Assembly: GCF_036365525.1 (NCBI RefSeq)
Contig: NC_090417.1
Coordinates: 11,881,344-11,945,343, forward strand
Length of the DNA stretch: 64,000 nt
Direction of reading: 5' to 3'
DNA from: Heterodontus francisci
Lineage: Eukaryota
The first letter of the stretch is position 1; each line of letters begins with the position of its first letter. Shown here piece by piece: positions 62,898-64,000 of this stretch. Under the pieces are notes generated by a model. It had not been told where the DNA came from and ran no database searches. It was given only the letters and a program-made list of their open reading frames with translations. The position numbers and the translations under genes were made by a program.

Positions 62898-62987
62898 ATG
62901 AGATAATCAGCACCTTCTGCTGTTTCGGACAGTTGATGGTGGACTGGCCTCACAAGTCGGGGAGTAAATCCTACTTTCCACCCAAAG
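62898..62987 (+). CDS. CPEB2/3/4-like coding exon 4 (RRM1); gene continues beyond the right edge
   Basis: 90 nt: (D)EIISTFCCFGQLMVDWPHKSGSKSYFPPK(G); tgtttag acceptor, gtgagc donor. Confidence 0.94.
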
Positions 62988-63654
62988 GTGAGCAGCTATA
63001 TTCAACGGAATTCGTGTTAGCGTGATCAGCAAACTGTATATTTGTCTGTCGTTATGAAAGAGCTTGCAGCCAGATGGATTGCTAAGTGCCTCCTGAGGTA
63101 TTGAGCGCTGAAGAGCAGGAAAGGCTTCGATTGAGTCCTTGGCCACTGCTGGACTTGTTGATCTCTGTTGCGGGGTAGAATTGGCCTGAGCACTTTCGAT
63201 GAAGTTGGGTTTAAAAAATCAGCTCTGCTTCTCGCTCCTCTTCTCTGAACAGGTGTCTCCAAAGCAATAGGATTTGGCCTGAAGCCAACTCTGCAGTTCA
63301 GCTAGATCATGGCTGATCTCTACCTCCAATTTGTTGACCCATCTTAGCTCCATATCGCTTGATGCCCTTGCCCAACAAAGTTCTTCATCTTGTAAATTTC
63401 ACTGCTTGCTCTCAGCATCCGCCGCCTTTTGGGACAGAGAATTCCACACTTCCACTATCCTTGTAAACAAAAAAGTGCTTTGTGATTTGACTCCCAAGTG
63501 GCCCAGCTCTTAGTTTTAAGATGATGCCTCCTTATTCTGGATTCCCCACAAAAGGAAATAGTTTCTCGATATCTATACTATTGATGGTAGCATTTTAAAA
63601 CATCTTTATTCCATACTTATCTGTCGACCAGTAGACAGAAATTATTAACTCTGC

Positions 63655-64000
63655 TGTCCTCAAGGACCTATCCTTGGATTCCTCCCATTTCTCATTTAAA
63701 TACTGGCCCACGGCAACATTATCCTCAAACACAACACCAGGCTCCACGTGTCTGCCGACGACACAGGTTTAGCTCTGACCACTGCCTCCCTCGACCCCTG
63801 CACACTCTCTGATTTGCCATGCTGCTTGTTTGACATCTAGTCCTGCACAAGCGAAATGTTCTCCACCTAAATGTTGGGTAAACTGAAGCCATTGTCTTCG
63901 GTCTCTGTCACAAGCCCCACTTCCTAGTCATCAAATCCATCCCTTTCCCTAGCATCTGTCTGAGGCTGAACCAGACTGTTGGTAAGCTTGGAGTCCTGTT
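63655..64000 (+). mobile_element. L2-clade LINE RT fragment
   Basis: PQGPILG and ADDT-like motifs readable; homologous to 22860-23170. Confidence 0.7.

Overview
Eukaryotic vertebrate genomic DNA, most likely from a cartilaginous fish (shark), judged from HE1/V-SINE- and SacSINE1/DeuSINE-like SINEs and dense CR1/L2 fragments. Three spliced genes can be reconstructed with canonical GT-AG junctions and consistent phases. (1) ACTR1B-like centractin on the minus strand, coding exons 1-7, running off the left edge. (2) A complete 6-exon, 292-aa MARCHF5-like RING-CH E3 ligase on the plus strand, sharing a ~490-bp bidirectional promoter with ACTR1B. (3) The 5' part of a divergent CPEB2/3/4-subfamily RNA-binding protein gene on the plus strand, running off the right edge. 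Its sequence is a mosaic of CPEB2/3/4 features, its RRM1 is unusually substituted, and it sits in an ACTR1B-MARCHF5-like block, so it may be a fourth CPEB2-4 ohnolog absent from mammals. Other notable items: a Penelope-like element 3' end with inverted terminal repeats, each carrying a minimal type I hammerhead-ribozyme core, inside an ACTR1B intron; further fold-back derivatives of that repeat; a 1.8-kb C-rich minisatellite just after MARCHF5-like exon 1; a young Tx1/L1-type 3' fragment; and TIR-bounded non-autonomous elements. Most ORFs in the supplied track are spurious or transposon-derived. All comparisons to known proteins are from recalled sequences, not from a database search.
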